A DNA stretch of 64,000 nt from Perkinsela sp. CCAP 1560/9. Taxonomy: Eukaryota > Protista > Euglenozoa: Kinetoplastea. Position 1 is the first letter of the stretch. Every line of letters starts with the position of its first letter. Shown one piece after another: positions 1 through 11,552 of the stretch. The DNA lies in the NCBI GenBank assembly GCA_965644495.1, contig CBFFSA010000002.1:1240001-1304000 (forward strand), in the 5' to 3' direction. A program made the position numbers and the translations under genes. The notes beneath the pieces are model-generated. The model searched no databases. It had not been told where the DNA came from and worked only from the letters and a program-made list of their open reading frames with translations.

Positions 1-15
1 TAGTGCTCCTAAACC

Positions 16-390
16 TCAATCAAAAAGGTTGTTCGCCCGCTGCACACTGATACTCTTCATGTTATATGGGCGCCCGAATTCAGAAATGAATATTGGATCG
101 AACCAAACAACGTCTTTCCAAAATTCCATGTTATGGTTTTTAGAAAGCCGGGCCATATGATGCTTCAGCGCTTCTTTTAAACCTTCAGGCCCGACTCCTT
201 CCCCTGAATCCTCGAATAACTGTTCCAAAGTTTCGGTAACGTGCGTCGCTGTAAGTTTCCCATTGAGTTCAGAAAATTTATTCAATGCAACGAAGAGAAT
301 ATCGCATTCCTTTAAGAAGGTTAAGCACGAATTGCGAATATTTTCAACTCCGTAACGAACTAGAAGCCTTGAACAGTTCACAATAGACAT
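16..390 (-). pseudogene. hAT-like transposase fragment (region after the RW motif)
   Basis: Aligns by eye with 3536-4060: FLKECDILFVALNKFSE vs FLKQCAPIKNALELFSD; HHMARLSKNHNMEFWKDVVWFDP vs RHRDRVRRHHLWDFFMNVQWLNP. Confidence 0.6.
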
Positions 391-617
391 ATTATATAGG
401 TCATATTTAAAATATGACCTTCACTGTGTTAGCTTTCTAATAAAACCAGCGATTTAAATTGAAACTTGAGGATGACCATCCAAGTGGGTCCGGGGGGTCC
501 CGGACCAGTACGGACATGGGTCCATGGACTCACATGGGTCCGGACCTGTCGGACCCGCAAAGGTATGACATATGGGATCCGTCCCCACACGCGAACGAAT
601 ATGAGTGATGGTGTGAT

Positions 618-710
618 GTGGGTCGTCATTATTTCCCGAATGTTTTTACTGCTGCACGACATTACTTATGGACGCCGCCGCTGGTCACCAAATGTGATTG
701 TGTCTTCCCT
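618..710 (+). pseudogene. hAT C-terminal dimerisation-domain fragment
   Basis: FPNVFTAARHYLWTPPLVTKCDCV matches YPEIYRAARCYLWVRPIVTECDSV read at ~4150-4225. Confidence 0.6.
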
Positions 711-1691
711 GACAGACACTGCCACATCACTCATAGTACTCTGTGTATCGCTGATAATTGGGCACTTGCAGCCAAACGTGTTGATATTGTCTCTGTAAAA
801 CAGTATCAATTCGCCGGTTACTTGCGACATGAATACGCCATATTGGGACCAACAACAAGTCACATTTCGAAGCAACAAAGTCTTCTCGGTGAAATTAATG
901 ATGACTCGGATGAAGCTGTCGCATGTCGGTCGTTCATACAGGATGGCATGCGTCGCCTACTTTCTGGTAGTAAAAATCCGCGGGACTGGATCATGTTCTC
1001 CATGATCCGCCCATAAGAAGCGTATTTTCTACGCTGCAGTCGATGCAACAACGGCTCGCTGAATGATTCTATTTTTTTTCAAAAGCTCATCGAAACCTTT
1101 CAAGTAAAGTGGGTTCATAGAATGGTGTTCTCGGTGTTCTGAGAACAAAGAACAGTTCTCAGAACAACATAGTATGACTTACGTCCGAAAATTTAAAGCC
1201 AAAGTCAATGCACGTTTTGGTACGGATTTGCTTGGCGTACTCAATGGTAAGTTCATTCAGCTTTTCTCTTCGAGGTGGGGTGTGGCACATTCCACGGAGA
1301 ATTTTGTGACGAAATATTGGGTGCTTTCTCCCTTTGTTCCGTGCACCACGCATCATAGCTTTTATCGTGCTTTCGAAGATGCCTTTCTGCCGATATATAA
1401 TCGGTCTGCAGACCTCTTGCCGTCAAAAAATGTTTTTTGCTATTCTCAGGGCGCAAATTGCATTCCAACATCTGCTTGTCGCCCTCTGCATTAAGTACTT
1501 GAGCAAAGAATTCTTTACAAAAACTGCCCCGGGTGAGCTTTTCCATCGGAAAAAAGAGTGTCGTGTATTGTATAGAGGCCTAATAATAAACTGTAATGAA
1601 TACAGACGAATCAAAATCATGATGAAAGAAAATTCTGCGATTCTAAAGTATACGAAGAAAAAAAGTTTTTGAAAGTTTTTAGAAAAAAATT

Positions 1692-4600
1692 AAAGTAACT
1701 TTAAACATAGCTATTGGTTCAGCGAACCCACTGAACCACCAGCGAACCACGAGCGAACCAAGCGAACCAGTTTTTGTGCTAAGCAGTACCACACAGGAGA
1801 AATGTTTTACTCGATGTTACAAAGCAATATTGAACTTTTCTCTTTTTCCTTATGTATTTAGGGTAATTCATCATGGAATAATCGTCTTTAAAATGTAGAC
1901 AGTTTCATCTTTCTACCAAAACTTTAAATTTCGTATGGGTCGAAGACGTGTTATATCACAGGAAGAGGTTCCAGAACTGCCGCTTACATCTTCCTCTCCG
2001 AACGACTCTAATGTACTGTCGCCAGAGCATTCAAACACACCTTTAGCGACCGCTAATGCTCGACGAGAAGCGGCGAATACACTGGCAGAGCGTAGGGCGG
2101 AAGCTCCGAGTCAGACTACTCTGGATGTCGCTCTTGTGACCCCCTGTCGAACTTCGAAGAGGAAGAGGGGAGGGCCCGCCTTACTCCGGCTCCACTGGAT
2201 CAAAGAAAACTTTGTTGATGAAGTCTGTACGGCGGATGTCATCTGCCTTTCTGCAGAGAAAAGGAACAAGTGCGATGATTTTGCTCTGCGAGATCAATCA
2301 AATCATTTTATTCATCTCCGCTGTAGGCGCTGTGCCGAAGTATTTCACTCACACTGTGAGTCTACTTACAATCGCCACCTGAATCATGTCTGTCCTGGGA
2401 CTTCGAAAAATTCAGTAACACTAGTGCAAGAGGAAAAGACTCCATTTGAATTTTGGCATACTGATTTCCCCGTCATTGTCGCATCAACTAGTATTCCTCT
2501 TTCAGTCGCATTACACTTTGCAGAACAAATTGGGCAACGGTGGCCGTACAACGCGCAGAGAGATGATATTCTACGGGCAATGCCAAAGGAGGTGAGCACT
2601 TTGGAAACCGACATGTCCGTCTTAGAAGCTAAAATATGGCGTCAAATACATGAGTTAATTGACAGCTACGAATTGTTTGGTATTGCTTTGGACGGAGGCA
2701 CGGATCAGGTTCTCGGTGAACACATCATGGTAGCGTTGCTCTATGTAGGTCCTCATCATTGGGTACTTCCGCCTATGTATCACGAAAAACATGGCGCATT
2801 TAATGGTGCCCAGATCGGTGCACAAATTGTTGATGATCTTCGCCGCCGTTTAGGGGCGCAACGTCTGCGAAAATGGGCCTACCTCATAGTAGATGGGGCT
2901 GCCGTCAATCATGTGGCCCGGCAGGAGGCTGAGAACGAACTTGGTGAATTGTATCGACGATTGGGCATTTTGGGTGAGAACGATTTCTCATCAATGAGGA
3001 ATGCGGTTCAAGGATCAATTGCTCAACTACAGGGAGACGTCAACGCAACTTGCAATCAGCGGTTGGCGCTGGTGCCATGCATCAGCCATTTTCTCAACCA
3101 AGTTGCGAAGTCGGCACTAGAGAGTTGGAACACTACGAACCTCTTTCTACTTCGTAAATATTTCACTAATACTTTCTATAGTGGAGCGGAAACTTCAGCT
3201 CGGAAAGGTGAATTTCGGGGTATAGCTCTGGACTTGCGAAGAATTTGGTGACGACGTCCATAAGGCCGCAAAAACTGTTCAATCCTACCACAGCCTTTTG
3301 GTGGGACATAGTTTAGGAGATGTCGAGAAAGAAAAAATTGACTTCTTTGACAAGCGCTGTTTCTCTCTTGAAACGTTTCGTTGAAACTCCCGGTGTGGAA
3401 CTTTACAACGCTCTAATTTCGACTGCAACGTACGAGCAAAAATAAGACGTCTCAAAAGCCCTGGTCCCCGAAATTTTAGAAGGTCTCGACAAGGCGCACA
3501 AAGCTCCTGTTCATGGATCCCCCAAGCTTGGGGGTGTGACTCGATGGGTATTGGATAAGTTTACCTCAATTAGCTACATTGCCAACAAGGCTCCGACGAT
3601 AGCCCGACTAGTGGAGGCGCACTGCCGTAAGAGTAAGAAACCGTCTGCTTCAATAGAGCAATGCTGGGAGTGCTTAAAAACCGAAGGATCAATCCAGGCT
3701 ATCATCAATCAGGCTAACGAATTCTTAAAGCAGTGCGCCCCCATAAAAAATGCTTTGGAACTTTTTTCTGACGTCACAGACACTCCGAGCGTTCTTAGTG
3801 TTTTTCCTGTTCTAAACAACCTTCGCGAGCAAATGTCGTATAATGAACAGGTAGTAGAAGCAATTTTGCGCCATCGAGATCGCGTTCGCCGGCATCATCT
3901 CTGGGATTTTTTTATGAATGTACAATGGTTAAATCCTATGTATATCCAGTGGTCAGTCCGGAACTCTGATGTGTCTTTCTTGACTTCCCCTCCTAGCACT
4001 GAAATAATGAATGACATGTTGCGAACTGGCACTCCGATGTTTTCGATATCGGATAACTAATTTAATGATTTTCTTACTTGTGAAGATTATGGTTGGCGCG
4101 CTACACCGAAGTACACAGCGGCGACTTGGTGGGAAGAGACAGGAAAACTTAGGTACCCGGAAATATATCGCGCAGCACGATGTTACCTCTGGGTTCGGCC
4201 GATAGTTACAGAATGTGATTCAGTGCTTTCCGTAATGGGACATAAGTACTGCAGTCGACAGGCTAGTATGTCTCCGGAAAAGATGGCAGTGTATATTTTC
4301 GTGCACTGCAATATTAAACGTTTGGATCCTCAAATCGATGCAATTGTTGATTGAGCTTATAGATTTTTTTTATTAAGATGTATGTTCACTGTTCTTTTCT
4401 TTCTTTGCCAAGACTCGAGGATAAACTCGACTGGCCAAAAATAAAAAAATCCAGAAGGGCAATTCCCAGATTATTCAGGCGGCGGTACAAGATTAGTAGT
4501 TACAAGATTGGTGTTAGGGTGTAGGCTTCCGGTGAGCCTAGGGGGGTGCACACCCAAAAAAAATAAAAAAAATACTTTGGGCGATGAAAACTAATGCATG

Positions 4601-4783
4601 CAAGGAGATAATCCTTTTAGAGATAGAGATACTGTTTCTGTAACGCTTTCGACCATCTTGAAGTTTAATTCCGAAGAGCCGTGTTAAGTGGTTCGCTGTG
4701 TTCGCTATTTTGTTCACTGAACCAGCTAACACAGCGAACCAGCGAACACACCAGCAAACCAAAAGCTATGTTTAAAGTACTTT
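1692..4783 (+). mobile_element. hAT-like DNA transposon, degenerate
   Basis: Imperfect inverted repeats aaagta(a)ctttaaacatagct(a/t)ttggtt at 1692-1719 and 4757-4783; clustered agcgaacc motifs near both ends; transposase remnant inside. No clean 8-bp TSD seen, so the exact ends are uncertain. Confidence 0.7.
1935..4354 (+). pseudogene. hAT-family transposase, broken by frameshifts and stops
   Basis: BED-like CRRC...HLNHVC, IALDGGTD, IVDGAAVN, CISH (CxxH), VTRW, and WW...YPEIY...VTECDSVLS dimerisation domain. Disrupted at ~3240-3450 and by an in-frame TAA at 4058-4060. Confidence 0.8.
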
Positions 4784-5126
4784 CTTGAAAGTTTTAAAGT
4801 TTCCGCGAACCCTGAATATTACCAATTCCCCGTATTTTCGCTCCCAGAGCAATAAATGCGATACTTTCGCACAAGAAATCATTCCTTCGCAGAAATGAAG
4901 GACTGCAGAACGTAGTGGGAACATAACACGACTCCCACCAACTCAAAATTCTGAACGAATAAAGAGCTGTATAAATTTCAGGGATTGTTTACAAACTCTG
5001 CCCCTCCCTTCTTTATGGTGTCCGGGATAGGATGTATCGAGGAGGGTGGAAAGGGGGGTCTAGCCCCCTTTATACTCGATTTGGGCGCATATCGCTGTGC
5101 TTAAAAACGTAGGCCTCGGGATTCGA

Positions 5127-5206
5127 GCCCAGGTAGTCCAGCTTGTAAGGCATACCGCTCATAATCTGGCGGTCGCAGGTTCGACTCCCGGTGGTGTTAC
5201 ATTTTT
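5127..5206 (+). pseudogene. degenerate tRNA-Met-like / Pol III box element
   Basis: A-box-like tagtccagcttg, ctcataa loop (5158-5164), B-box ggttcgactcc (5178-5188), T5 run at 5202-5206. Acceptor and anticodon stems do not pair. Confidence 0.4.
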
Positions 5207-6263
5207 CGCGGGCCTGAGCCATACGCGGCGTCGTTAGCGGGAAACAAATTGCGAAGCCCCGTTTACCAACAACCACCGTTTTTTAACGAAGCAACTACCA
5301 CCACGACATTTATTCAGCTCGCGCGGTGTAATGGAGCCTAAATGTATCTAAAGGTGGCCTTTTTTGATTTAAACTTTCAGCACGCACCCGGACGCACCCG
5401 CTCGCAAGCCCAAATATTTGCCGTGAATCGTCTTTTAGCCTCTAAAAACTAGATTTCCAACGGTGTTCAAGATACATGCATGTACTATAGCAGTACTATA
5501 GCAAGTACTATGCAGTACGTATATTTCGTTTTTTTAAAAGTTATCATCAAAAGTCCCCAACATTTATCTTATTGATGTAAGCCCTCTTTTGTACAAGGGT
5601 GAACAGAAATCTTGCCCCCCGCGGAAAATTGACTTTTTTTTATCCGCTTTTGCTCATCTTTGCAGCATTCGAGAGATCTCGTTTTCCTAGCGAAGGGCTT
5701 TGCCGCCTTTTTCGTAGGGACCCCCTAGGTCCAAAAAACACGGTTTTTTGATACCATTTTTCTGGAACGCACCCATTTTTTTTTACATTTTTTTATGTTT
5801 TATGAAATTGTGTCCTTCGCATTTTTGCTCGTTTTAATCGCGTTTGATGAATCTCGTTCTAATAGCGAATAGTCTTGCTGCATTTCTTTCTCAATGGCTC
5901 CTTAGAGTTAATAATGGACAGTTTGTTAATAAAATTTAATAGATGATTTGTTTTGAAATAATGCCCCACTTTCCAATAATAGATATATTTATAATGAACG
6001 TTTCATCTATTATTAGCAATCGTCCTTTTAGGCTTGTTTCCTATCATTATCCCCACAAATAGCCCCACTTTTCATGAAAAAAGCTCCACGAAAAGCTGAT
6101 TTTCGCATAAGTTTCCCGTTAGGGAAGCTGCGAAAAAAGAGAAAAAGCAATTCTTGTTAATAATAGATGAATGTTAATAATAGGTGAAATAATACCATTG
6201 TTAGTACTCCCCCCTCCATAAGTAATTATAAGCATAATTTTTTTTAATTAATAATTATAATTA

Positions 6264-7196
6264 AACCCCCGCTCACGAAAAGTGACCCCCCTCTTTTTTT
6301 TCGTACAAATGTCCGTTTGAGCTGTTTTTTGTTGCATTTTGCAGATCTCAACACAAGGACTTTGCGCGTGCAGAAATGAGACAAAAAGAAACGAATACGC
6401 ACAATTTAGAGAAGAATTACCATTTTGTCACTTTTTCGCCCTTCAATCTTATACACTCCTTAAGTCGAGAATCAAAACTTAATACTGTTTTGTCGATCAC
6501 TTTTTGAGTTAAAGAAGACCATGCTTTACATACACATCGGATAAGTGAAGGTTTGTCCGATGGGGTTTGTTCGTCTACCGCCTCTTGGACCATAGACCAG
6601 ACGTTTTCTATGGGGGAAAGGTCGGGCGAGTTGGGGGGCCAGTTTCTTAGAACATCACTCATTCAATTCTCAATATACTCTTTGGAGGCACGGGCAGTAT
6701 GTGCCGTTGCCCCATCCTGTTGAAATACACTATTAGGGGGGAAATCTACCTGTTTTAATGTTTCTATGTACGTCTCACTTGTAATAGATGTGTCATTGTA
6801 GATGTCTCACTTGTAATAGATGGTCACAGGACTCAAAGTGTATTCCCCGCTAGATTTTTTTTCGTTCAGATATTTTTTGATTATCCTTCTAGAGACGTTA
6901 AAATCACGGGATAATTGTTTTATCGGAACACCTTCTGCCTGTCTCATCTTCAAAAGAACCTTACCACTATCCGTAAGGCCCCCTTTTGGGAGCCGATATG
7001 GTGATTTGGTAATTTTTGGAAAAAAAAGTTGAAAAACCAATTATGTTTTTTGACTAAATTTTAAAATTTTAAAATGAGCTAAAAACAGCGGGAACGTACA
7101 GATCTCGAAATTTTGAACGAAAAAGTGATATGATAACCCACCGAGGCCCCCCTGTGCTAAAAATAAGGGGGGGTCACTTATTCGTGAGCGGGGGTT
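6264..7196 (-). mobile_element. Tc1 family A, internally deleted copy
   Basis: TIR aacccccgctcacgaa(t)aagtgacccccc with TA flanks; retains the HTH (6807-7040) and QQDGATAH...WPPNSPDLSPIENVW; homologous to 54619-55968. Confidence 0.9.
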
Positions 7197-7440
7197 TATA
7201 ATTATAATTACTTATGGATGTGAACCTAGTGAACCTGGAGAGGGGTAAAAATTGGAATTTCACACTAATACTCTTCATGATGATGATTCTAGACAGGGCG
7301 GGCGAGGAGGCGGCAGAAAGGGCGGGCGAGGAGGGCGACAAAGCGGGCGTGCGAAACAAGGGGGGTCTTCCTCTCGGGGTGAAGGGGGGCATGGGGGGGT
7401 AAAATTAAGTTATCCAGTTATATATCAGTTATCCAGTTTA

Positions 7441-7878
7441 CCGGTGAAACGGTTATTAAGGATAAAAGTAATTAAGGCAGAACGGATTTAAAAATTAATT
7501 ATTGCCTTAATTAAAGTTGCCTTAATTAAAGTGGCGCTGATAAAAGCCCAAAACAGTTCTTATTTAAATATTGTCGTTTGTAGCATAAACATCGCATTTC
7601 TGCTAAAAGTGCTCAATTTCTGATTTTTTTTTTCATGTTTTTCGAACTTTTCTAGACGAGCTTCGCCCGTTTCGCCTACCTTTACTGTCTTCAACCAGTT
7701 CAACGTGTGAGAGAAAATCTAAAACGATCATTGAAAGGAGAAGTCTGAGACGGAATCATGAAATCAATTTTTCTCAATTTTTCCCCAAAAATGACAAAAA
7801 ATTAATTATTTCCTTAATTAAAGCTGCCTTAATTAAAGTTGCCCTAATTTTAATTGCCCTTAATTGAAGTTTCTACGG
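7441..7878. mobile_element. MITE-like element with ccttaattaaag subterminal repeats
   Basis: Imperfect TIR ccggtgaaac / gtttctacgg, TA on both sides, repeated gccttaattaaag. Confidence 0.5.
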
Positions 7879-8552
7879 TATATCAACAAGTAAGGAGGTG
7901 TATTTATAGTAAGTTCGAGGTGTATTTATAATTACTTATGGAGGGGGGAGTAATAGGTGATTGTTAATAATAGATGAACCCCATCTTTATGTACATGTAC
8001 TTGTATATAGCTTTTTTAAAGTTATCATCAAAAGTCCCCAACATGTATCTTATTGATATGAGCCCTCTTTTATATGTAACGCGTACATTACTATAAGCAG
8101 TCCAAACGAGATATCTCGTATGGGGCACACTTGCTCTCCCCAGGAGAGGCAAACAAATCATCTCCGCCTAGGCATCGGAGTGCGTGAACTCCGAGCGGTA
8201 CTTGCTACCGGTAAACGAGCAGAGGGACTTTCCTCGGAGTACGTGTGAAACTTAAAAATAAGCTTCAGAGACATCAACACCTGAAGAAAGTTGTTTCGTC
8301 TCGTTGCCTCACTCCGTGCACGTACAAGATAACTTTGACGGGTAACTTTATGTCGAGTGCACGGAAACAAATTCCGAGCTCAACTGATGTAATCATATGG
8401 ACAAGAATGTGAGTCACGGATGAAAGAGTATAAAAGAATTTTTAATTATTCCCCCTGTTTAATATGGCTCCGATTTTAGGCAAAATGCCCTATTAAAGAG
8501 GGGGTACATGCAAAATTTTGTGAAAAAACGTTTTACTATTCAGTTGATCAAT

Positions 8553-9356
8553 CTACTTTAACTTCTCGAAGGCTCGCTCCAGAAAAAACTCTGTTTCATC
8601 ATAAAAGCGTATGCCCACGTTCTCCGCGAATTTGCGGTCTGAGTCAGAAAAATCTCTTGCTCGACCCGCGGCATCCCCTACATAAAAACTTTGATGGTAA
8701 CAAAGTTTGATATTATCTCTACGAAACAATGATTCTAAGAATAACCACATGCTCTTCTCCGGTTTTCGATAAGATGAAACCTTTTCGGTTGCAACGAGGG
8801 CCTGTATAGGAAGAACGCGTTTCTCTCCTTTTATAGGTGACGAAACACCGGATTCCAAAATCTCAGATTGTACTTTATCAATGAACCCTTTTATGCGCGT
8901 CTTAACCTTTGCGACTTGTTGTGCCCGCGTTTTCGTGGCTCGTCCAATCCCACTTTGATTGGAGAGAATGACTATGGTGTATCCCTTGTCATGTAGAAGC
9001 TGTAATGCTTGCACTGTTTCCGTTGGAAATCGAACGCTCCAGGCATCGGGAGCGGAATTGTATAAAGAAGTCTGTGCTAAACAGCCGTCAAAATCAAAAG
9101 CAGCTATTGGGCGTGTTCTCTGCGTGTTCGATGTAGATACTTGTAGCTGGTAACACATAAGTTCGCCTTGAGCATACCATGCCCAGTTGTCATCGTCACG
9201 CTGACAAGGTTGCAAGATACTTTGTTGAGTGTGGGGACTACTTAATGTAGGAGATTGGTGGAAGAATCGCAAAGGCATGGATTTTTTTGCTACAGAAAGA
9301 CTGCTTTTTCTAGCTTTCGGCAGTTGCGTATTTGCTGAATTGATGGTTCTTTTCAT
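8553..9356 (-). CDS. DNA 3'-phosphatase (PNKP phosphatase domain, HAD family) without a kinase domain
   Basis: AAFDFDGCL, ILSNQSGIG, YRKP, YVGDAAGR, DFSDSDRKFAENVGIRFY. Confidence 0.92.
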   Translation of the reverse strand: MKRTINSANTQLPKARKSSLSVAKKSMPLRFFHQSPTLSSPHTQQSILQPCQRDDDNWAWYAQGELMCYQLQVSTSNTQRTRPIAAFDFDGCLAQTSLYNSAPDAWSVRFPTETVQALQLLHDKGYTIVILSNQSGIGRATKTRAQQVAKVKTRIKGFIDKVQSEILESGVSSPIKGEKRVLPIQALVATEKVSSYRKPEKSMWLFLESLFRRDNIKLCYHQSFYVGDAAGRARDFSDSDRKFAENVGIRFYDETEFFLERAFEKLK

Positions 9357-9848
9357 TTGAATAGCAGCCTCAGAGAAACTTTACCACCTATCTCAATATT
9401 ACCACCTATTAGTAGAATCTATGCAATACATGATTTTAACGAAATGCAAATACAGTGACCTTTACTCCTTTTTATTAGTTAGGATTCTTTCAAATTCTTA
9501 AAGACCTTTGCGTACATTTTCGGAAAAAATGGTTCTATAGGCAGAAAACCACATTTTCAGCCGTTATTTACAAGGCTAGCGTCATGAGGTTATTTTTGGT
9601 TACACTAGAGTGCAGGATTGTCATTTTGCTTTTGAAAATTTGAGTACCACTTCCCAGATCGTAAAGAGAAATTGCTTCGCAAAAAGTAATTAAAACCCTG
9701 CACCCTAAAAAAGGATTTCGCAAACGTACCAGAACTCCCTCATAAGCAGGGGGGGTTATAGAACGTCATTTGAAAATGGAGTACTCCGTCGTAATCAAAA
9801 CCGTACTTCGTTTCTGGTCTAACTACGAGATGTTGATTCACCATTGAT

Positions 9849-11552
9849 TTAATAGTACCATGCGATTTGAGTCCGTTGAAGTCCTAAAACAATTTCATCG
9901 GGAAGTAATTTTTCATTCACATGTCCATGAAGGTGTGGATTGTCGTCTAGATTTAATGTACACAAATGTTTGGGCAGTGCAGTCAGCTGTACACTCCCTT
10001 CAAAGGAATTGTTATTCAACATAAGAGCACTCAACTGGGGGCTTAACTTTGTTAGATCAGGTGTCCCAGTAAAGTTATTGTGACCGAGATTGAGAACTGT
10101 GATACCGTAGGGCAGATCTTGTAAATCTACCGGACCTGAAAAGTTATTGTGCTCGACATTGAAATGAGTTATCGAATCAGAAAGAGTATTGAGGTCAAGA
10201 GTACCATGCAGTTGATTATGAGCCATTCGGAATGTATGCAGTGAGTGCGGGATTGACCCTAATTCCAGGAAGCCCGAGAAAGCGTTTTCACTGAGGTCAA
10301 TCACTTTCAAGGATTCTGGAACACTACTCATATCCAGATTTCCAGATAGTTTGTTGTTATTCAAGTAGAGAGCCGATAAAGTACATGGTAAAGTAGAAAA
10401 CTCGATATTTTTGATATCGTTATAGGAAAGATCTACAGTTCTCAGATCCTGTGGTAGGTCTTGCAGATCTAGTATTTCGACGAAAGCGTTTCTGCTGAGA
10501 CCAAGCTTCGTAATATCGGGTGGCAACTGACCTAAACTAAGACTTCCAGTAAATGAATTGTTGTGTGCTTCGAATTCAAGTAGACCCTCAGGAAGCGTGC
10601 TAAGATTAAGTTTTCCGTGAAATCTGTTGCTCGATAATTTCAATTCTGTCAATGACGCGGGCAACTTATCAAGAAAGAGTCTTCCAGATAAGGAATTGTG
10701 CTCCACTTTGAGTGCAGTTAAATGGTTCGGTAACATGCTGAGATCCAGCTCCCCAGAAAGATTGTTGTATGATGTGTTAAAATGATCCAATCCTTCTGGG
10801 AGCATACTTAAGTCCAAAGTATTTTCGAAAAGATTGGTGGTTAGCGTCAAGTCCTGCAGGGCAGTAGGAAGGTGCCCAAGACTTAGGGAACCCGTCAGAA
10901 GGTTCATGCCGAGATCTAAGCTCATTAAGGATGTGGGTAACTCACGAAGATTAATTGCTCCTTCAAATCTATTGTTATATGCAGCAAAGTATTCAAGGCT
11001 CAGGGGTAAATCGTTCATTTGAATTTCCCCACTAAACAAGTTTAATTCCAGCTTCAGCACCTTTAGCATCGAAGGCAAACGAGTGAAATCTATTCCGCCT
11101 TCAAATTGGTTATTGGAGAAATCTATAAACGTTAAATTCTGCGGTAAAACACTTAGATCCGGCCTGCCGGAAAACCCGTTGCCTTCCACGGAGAGCACTG
11201 TCACACTTCTAGGAACGTATTCCAAGTGCAATTCACCCGTCATTCCTATGATAGAGCTCTCCGAGTCCCACTCAATGCGCTCTACTTCGCCGTTCGTGTT
11301 GCAGTGTATGCCTTCCCACTCACAGGCAGGTGTTGCTACTTTCCAGGAGGAGTGCTGATTGATTGTTTCCGATATGAGTCTTTCTAGTTCGTATTCTTGT
11401 GGTAAAAGAGCGCCTCGGATCTTTCCGGTGCGAGATTGAATTCTTTGTTTTTTAAGCATTTCTTTACTCGAAGTGCTTTCGTGTGTCTTGCGACGCTTTG
11501 TAGGAGGCTGTTGATCGTCACAGACGCAAATTGAAATTTCCATTCTTAACAT
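9849..11552 (-). CDS. Leucine-rich repeat protein with ~20 22-aa repeats, Cys cap and NLS-like PPTKRRKT
   Basis: LPxxLxxLxLxxNxFxGxLDL repeats; SRTGKIRGALLPQEYEL...ACEWEGIHC cap. First ATG at 11552 (alternative 11543). Confidence 0.9.
   Translation of the reverse strand: MLRMEISICVCDDQQPPTKRRKTHESTSSKEMLKKQRIQSRTGKIRGALLPQEYELERLISETINQHSSWKVATPACEWEGIHCNTNGEVERIEWDSESSIIGMTGELHLEYVPRSVTVLSVEGNGFSGRPDLSVLPQNLTFIDFSNNQFEGGIDFTRLPSMLKVLKLELNLFSGEIQMNDLPLSLEYFAAYNNRFEGAINLRELPTSLMSLDLGMNLLTGSLSLGHLPTALQDLTLTTNLFENTLDLSMLPEGLDHFNTSYNNLSGELDLSMLPNHLTALKVEHNSLSGRLFLDKLPASLTELKLSSNRFHGKLNLSTLPEGLLEFEAHNNSFTGSLSLGQLPPDITKLGLSRNAFVEILDLQDLPQDLRTVDLSYNDIKNIEFSTLPCTLSALYLNNNKLSGNLDMSSVPESLKVIDLSENAFSGFLELGSIPHSLHTFRMAHNQLHGTLDLNTLSDSITHFNVEHNNFSGPVDLQDLPYGITVLNLGHNNFTGTPDLTKLSPQLSALMLNNNSFEGSVQLTALPKHLCTLNLDDNPHLHGHVNEKLLPDEIVLGLQRTQIAWYY

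Larger units (their letters stand above)
6207..7950. mobile_element. TA-flanked non-autonomous TIR element hosting two nested insertions
   Basis: ta|ctcccccctccataagtaattata ... tataattacttatggaggggggag|ta. Confidence 0.75.

Noticed and set aside
1253-1546. BED-finger-like ORF
   Set aside because: The Cys/His pattern is incomplete; too weak to call.
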